In this document: positions 60,682-64,000 of the stretch, piece after piece
Numbering within the stretch: the first letter of the stretch is position 1
How the letters are laid out: each line of letters opens with the position of its first letter
Assembly: GCA_040285825.1 (NCBI GenBank)
Contig: JAUPSS010000005.1
Coordinates: 1,054,001-1,118,000 of the forward strand
Direction: 5' to 3'
DNA: 64,000 nt
Source of the DNA: Eukaryota sp. TZLM1-RC
Lineage: Eukaryota > Protista > Metamonada: BaSk clade
Made by a program: the position numbers and the translations under genes
Notes under the pieces: generated by a model
Told to the model about the DNA's origin: nothing
Database searches by the model: none
The model's input: the letters and a program-made list of their open reading frames with translations, nothing else

Positions 60682-63600
60682 TCATCAAGGGTGTCAAGCT
60701 TTGATTCAAGCAATGAATCTAAATTCAAGAGCTAAGTTGTGGTTACTCCACAACAACTTAACACTTGAAGATAAGAATAATTTTAAAAGAAGGTTTGGTT
60801 CAATCAAGTGAAGGCTTTAAAAAAATTAAAACAAAATAAATAAATTCTATGTCATTCTTTTATTATAATTAATTAATTCACAACTAACGACATTAATCAC
60901 TGTTTATATATCTTGCCTAGTTTTTCTTTTTCTAGTTTTTTAAAAAGTCTTTGTTTTTATGGTGGAGACAATACTTGTTGGTCACACCACATAGCCATTT
61001 CTGATGACCTTTACCATTTTGAAAATAAAAAAATAGTTTTATGTTGCTCCATTTTTTTAAAACTGGAATATTTATTGAGAAAAAAAGTTGCTCCAATTCA
61101 TTCATTAATTGAGGTTAGGAAAAAAACAGTTTTGATTGGTATAGGGAAGACAGAACAAAAAAGTCGCATGTTTTGAAGCAAAGAAGAGAATAATTGCTTT
61201 TTGGAGACCTAAACCTATCAGATTTAATGAAAATATTGATTTTGTGTTTATAAGTTACACTGATTTTATATATTTTTCCAATTTATGACTAATGAATCAA
61301 TGACGATACTCCCATCATGTGTTGAATTTTTTCACAATTCAATTGAACTTTTTTGCTTCCAGCTCATTCTTTCAGCCCGAAAACTATAAATTGATCAAAA
61401 ATAAAATTATCTCAGCTAGGACGTGTTGAGCATGTCAAGTATCAGCTGGTTCCATTTGCTGTTTCTCTTTTTGGTAACTTTGGAATATTCGGCATTAGAT
61501 TTCTTGAAGGTTTCAGTAGTTTAATAAAAGAAAGAGCAGGAAAAGAATTGAACTTCAATTTCTGGCACGATAGAATTGTTTTTGGTATTCTTAAAGCAAT
61601 TCCAGAAATGTTGACCAAAGCACTGTTACAATTGGGAATAGAGTATGAAAATCGCGCGCTTAAAAGATTTGATGATGTTGATGCATGTATTGAGGATACT
61701 GAGTTCTAGTTTTTTGTTTAATGTTTTGTTAGCGTTGAAAATAAATTTCATTAATGACAAAAAAAATCAAAAATAAATGTATAAAAGCATTCCTGATCCA
61801 AAACCAACGTAACTGATTCAAAATATTTTCTGGAAAGTTTGCTTAACTACTCCGAAATCAATGTCGGTTATGCACTTTTCATTTTCAAAAAGTATTTTCA
61901 ATTAACACCTGTTTGCTAATTCAATATACCTGACAATTGAAAGATACAACAATTGGAAAGAAATGCAATGAAGGACATTGTCTAAATCATCAATTGTTAT
62001 ACAAATTTTTGTAAAAACAAAAAAACGATATATAATATTGACAACAATTATTTAATAAGTGGTGTAAAACACCACATGGTGGATGAGAAACATCAATTCC
62101 CTTTTGAACAATTGAAGAAAAAACAATATAGTTAGCAAACAACAGTTTCTCAATAAAATAGATCAAATAAACATAGGTTAAATCAAAATATACATTATAA
62201 AAAAACAAAAAAAACTCATTCAATAAAATCAGCAATATTACTACTTAATACAGTTGAAGTATTGTGAAAGCAAAAAAGTTAAATCAAATGGTGTTTGTAA
62301 ATAGTCACACAAAAATTACACAAGAAGAGAAGCTAAATGTATAAAATAAATGTAAATATATGAGACAATAACAAATTCTTCATTAAATTTCTCTCCATGT
62401 AATTATCAAGTATCGACTGCTGTGTCCTAATGATTATTTGGTGGAATTCTTCTTCTTAAAAAAGGAGTTCTTGTAGGAGCAGATTTGTGCGAAAGGCAAA
62501 ACGTTTCCTCTAAATAACACAATGAACACAACAACCAATTAAACAGACCACCTAGCAGTGAGCCTCTCCATAAAGGTGCTTTGGTGTGTATGTCGTTGAT
62601 GATTGATAATTATGAGTGGATTTTCACCCAGTATTCAAAACTGCAAACACTGCAATCCTTCCTAAAATCTTCCCTTTCAGTTCTCCTTATTTCTACTCCT
62701 GTTAGGCTATTTGTCCAATACCATGTTATGTCATTAAACCATCCTGTTCAGCTTTCCTCTTAGTTATGTTCTTTACAAATGGCTTTGACTGTTCGATTCT
62801 GCTTAACTCCTTATTCTGTTGTCGCTGATGTCTTGCTTGGCCTGTGTCACCTATTGTCACTCTTGATTCATTTGAATCCATCACCTTTGGCTCATACATT
62901 TGAAGAAGTGGGGTTGTTTTCCGAAGAACGTCCCAATTGGAAGTACACATTGCTTCCCCATGCTTAAATGGAGCCAAAGACGTCCATCACTATCGAATGT
63001 GATCTACCAGTGGCTCATAAGTTTGGAGCGAATGTAACACCTTGAACACTGATCATCGTGTTTCTATCATTGCCAGTGCCGTCTCCAAGCTGTCCTAAAG
63101 TTAAAAAGTAGTAGAAAGTCGATACCGAAATGGTTATGCCCATATGAACGAAGCTGTCCGTTCCGTACCACTAGAAAGTTGAAATACTTTGATGAAAAGA
63201 AAGAAGCGCCATTGGATTGATGTACCTGAACAGGTTCTCATCAAGATACAATGGTCACAACCGAGAGGAGAGTAGACATAGAACAATTAAGACACTTGTT
63301 ACCAGAAGCATTTTAATTTTGCTCTCACCGGGAATTGGCAGTTATATTAACTTAATGAGCAAAGCAGTATTTAATTTAGAAAAGCCTACGATTTGAATTT
63401 CACCACAACTGATCTCTGCAGTTGTCAATTAAGATACTTTTTACGCTTTCATATAAGATTTAAAAGTTTTGCTTGTTTGGTTTTCTCTTTGAAATAAGTT
63501 TGTATTCCAGATAACTTCTTATTTATTGTTGCTTAGTATTGTTCTTATCGGCCATCTTATGTCTTACTAGAGTTTGACTAGATTCATTTTTTGTTATCAA

Positions 63601-63820
63601 TTTCAGAGTTTCTATCCAATATTGAGAGTAATTTTCCTTATGGGGAGTCTCTGTTCATAAATACATAGAAGACTGAGTAATCGTCAGTCATGCAGTTTTT
63701 AACTGTGTGAGCTTGATTACGGTCATGAAAGATCTGATAACGTGTGTCTGTATAGTATGTAGGTTTTTAGATCTTTGTAAGTTTATTGAAAAAATTGCTT
63801 TTACTCTTTGAATTTTTTTC
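60682..63820. repeat. Right arm of the ~3.3-kb inverted duplication
   Basis: Starts within the LRR 3' end (TCATCAAGGGTGTCAAG); lacks ~47700-47955 of the left arm. Confidence 0.9.
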
Positions 63821-64000
63821 TTGAAGTGGTCTACTCCTACAATACTATGTTTTTTTGATATCGTAAGTTGGGAATTTACAATTACAGAGAGGCAGTTGAT
63901 GATAACATGATCAGGATTAGATCTCCTAATTTCAGTTAAGAAGTAGTATAATCAGGCATTCGTATTTTGTTCCTCTCTACATTTGCCAATTTTTAATTTT

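Overview
AT-rich eukaryotic (protist-like) DNA with tiny GT-AG introns (28-34 nt) and the standard genetic code. Only three apparently intact host genes are present: a VPS13/ATG2-like chorein-N protein (13740-18056), a stefin-type cystatin (24106-24430) and SRP72 (25133-27187). The rest is a patchwork of transposons and pseudogenes: several Ty3/Gypsy families with very short LTRs (87-196 bp) and chromodomain-like integrases; one full-length and many 3'-fragment CRE-like (RLE) non-LTR retrotransposons; hAT and IS630/Tc1 remnants; a TA-flanked MITE; three Fanzor (TnpB-derived) relics; a bacterial/viral-like N6-adenine methyltransferase relic; kinesin/coiled-coil/LRR and RCC1 pseudogenes; and nested inverted duplications. 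Two signals stand out. (1) In four unrelated LTR families the tRNA primer-binding site is replaced by a palindrome CA-N8-10-TG that begins at the 5' LTR terminal CA, suggesting a tRNA-independent, self/dimer-primed reverse transcription mechanism. (2) A family-B polymerase 3'-5' exonuclease domain lies in the same reading frame directly upstream of a Fanzor, suggesting an ancestral exonuclease-Fanzor fusion. All family assignments are from manual motif recognition; no database searches were run.
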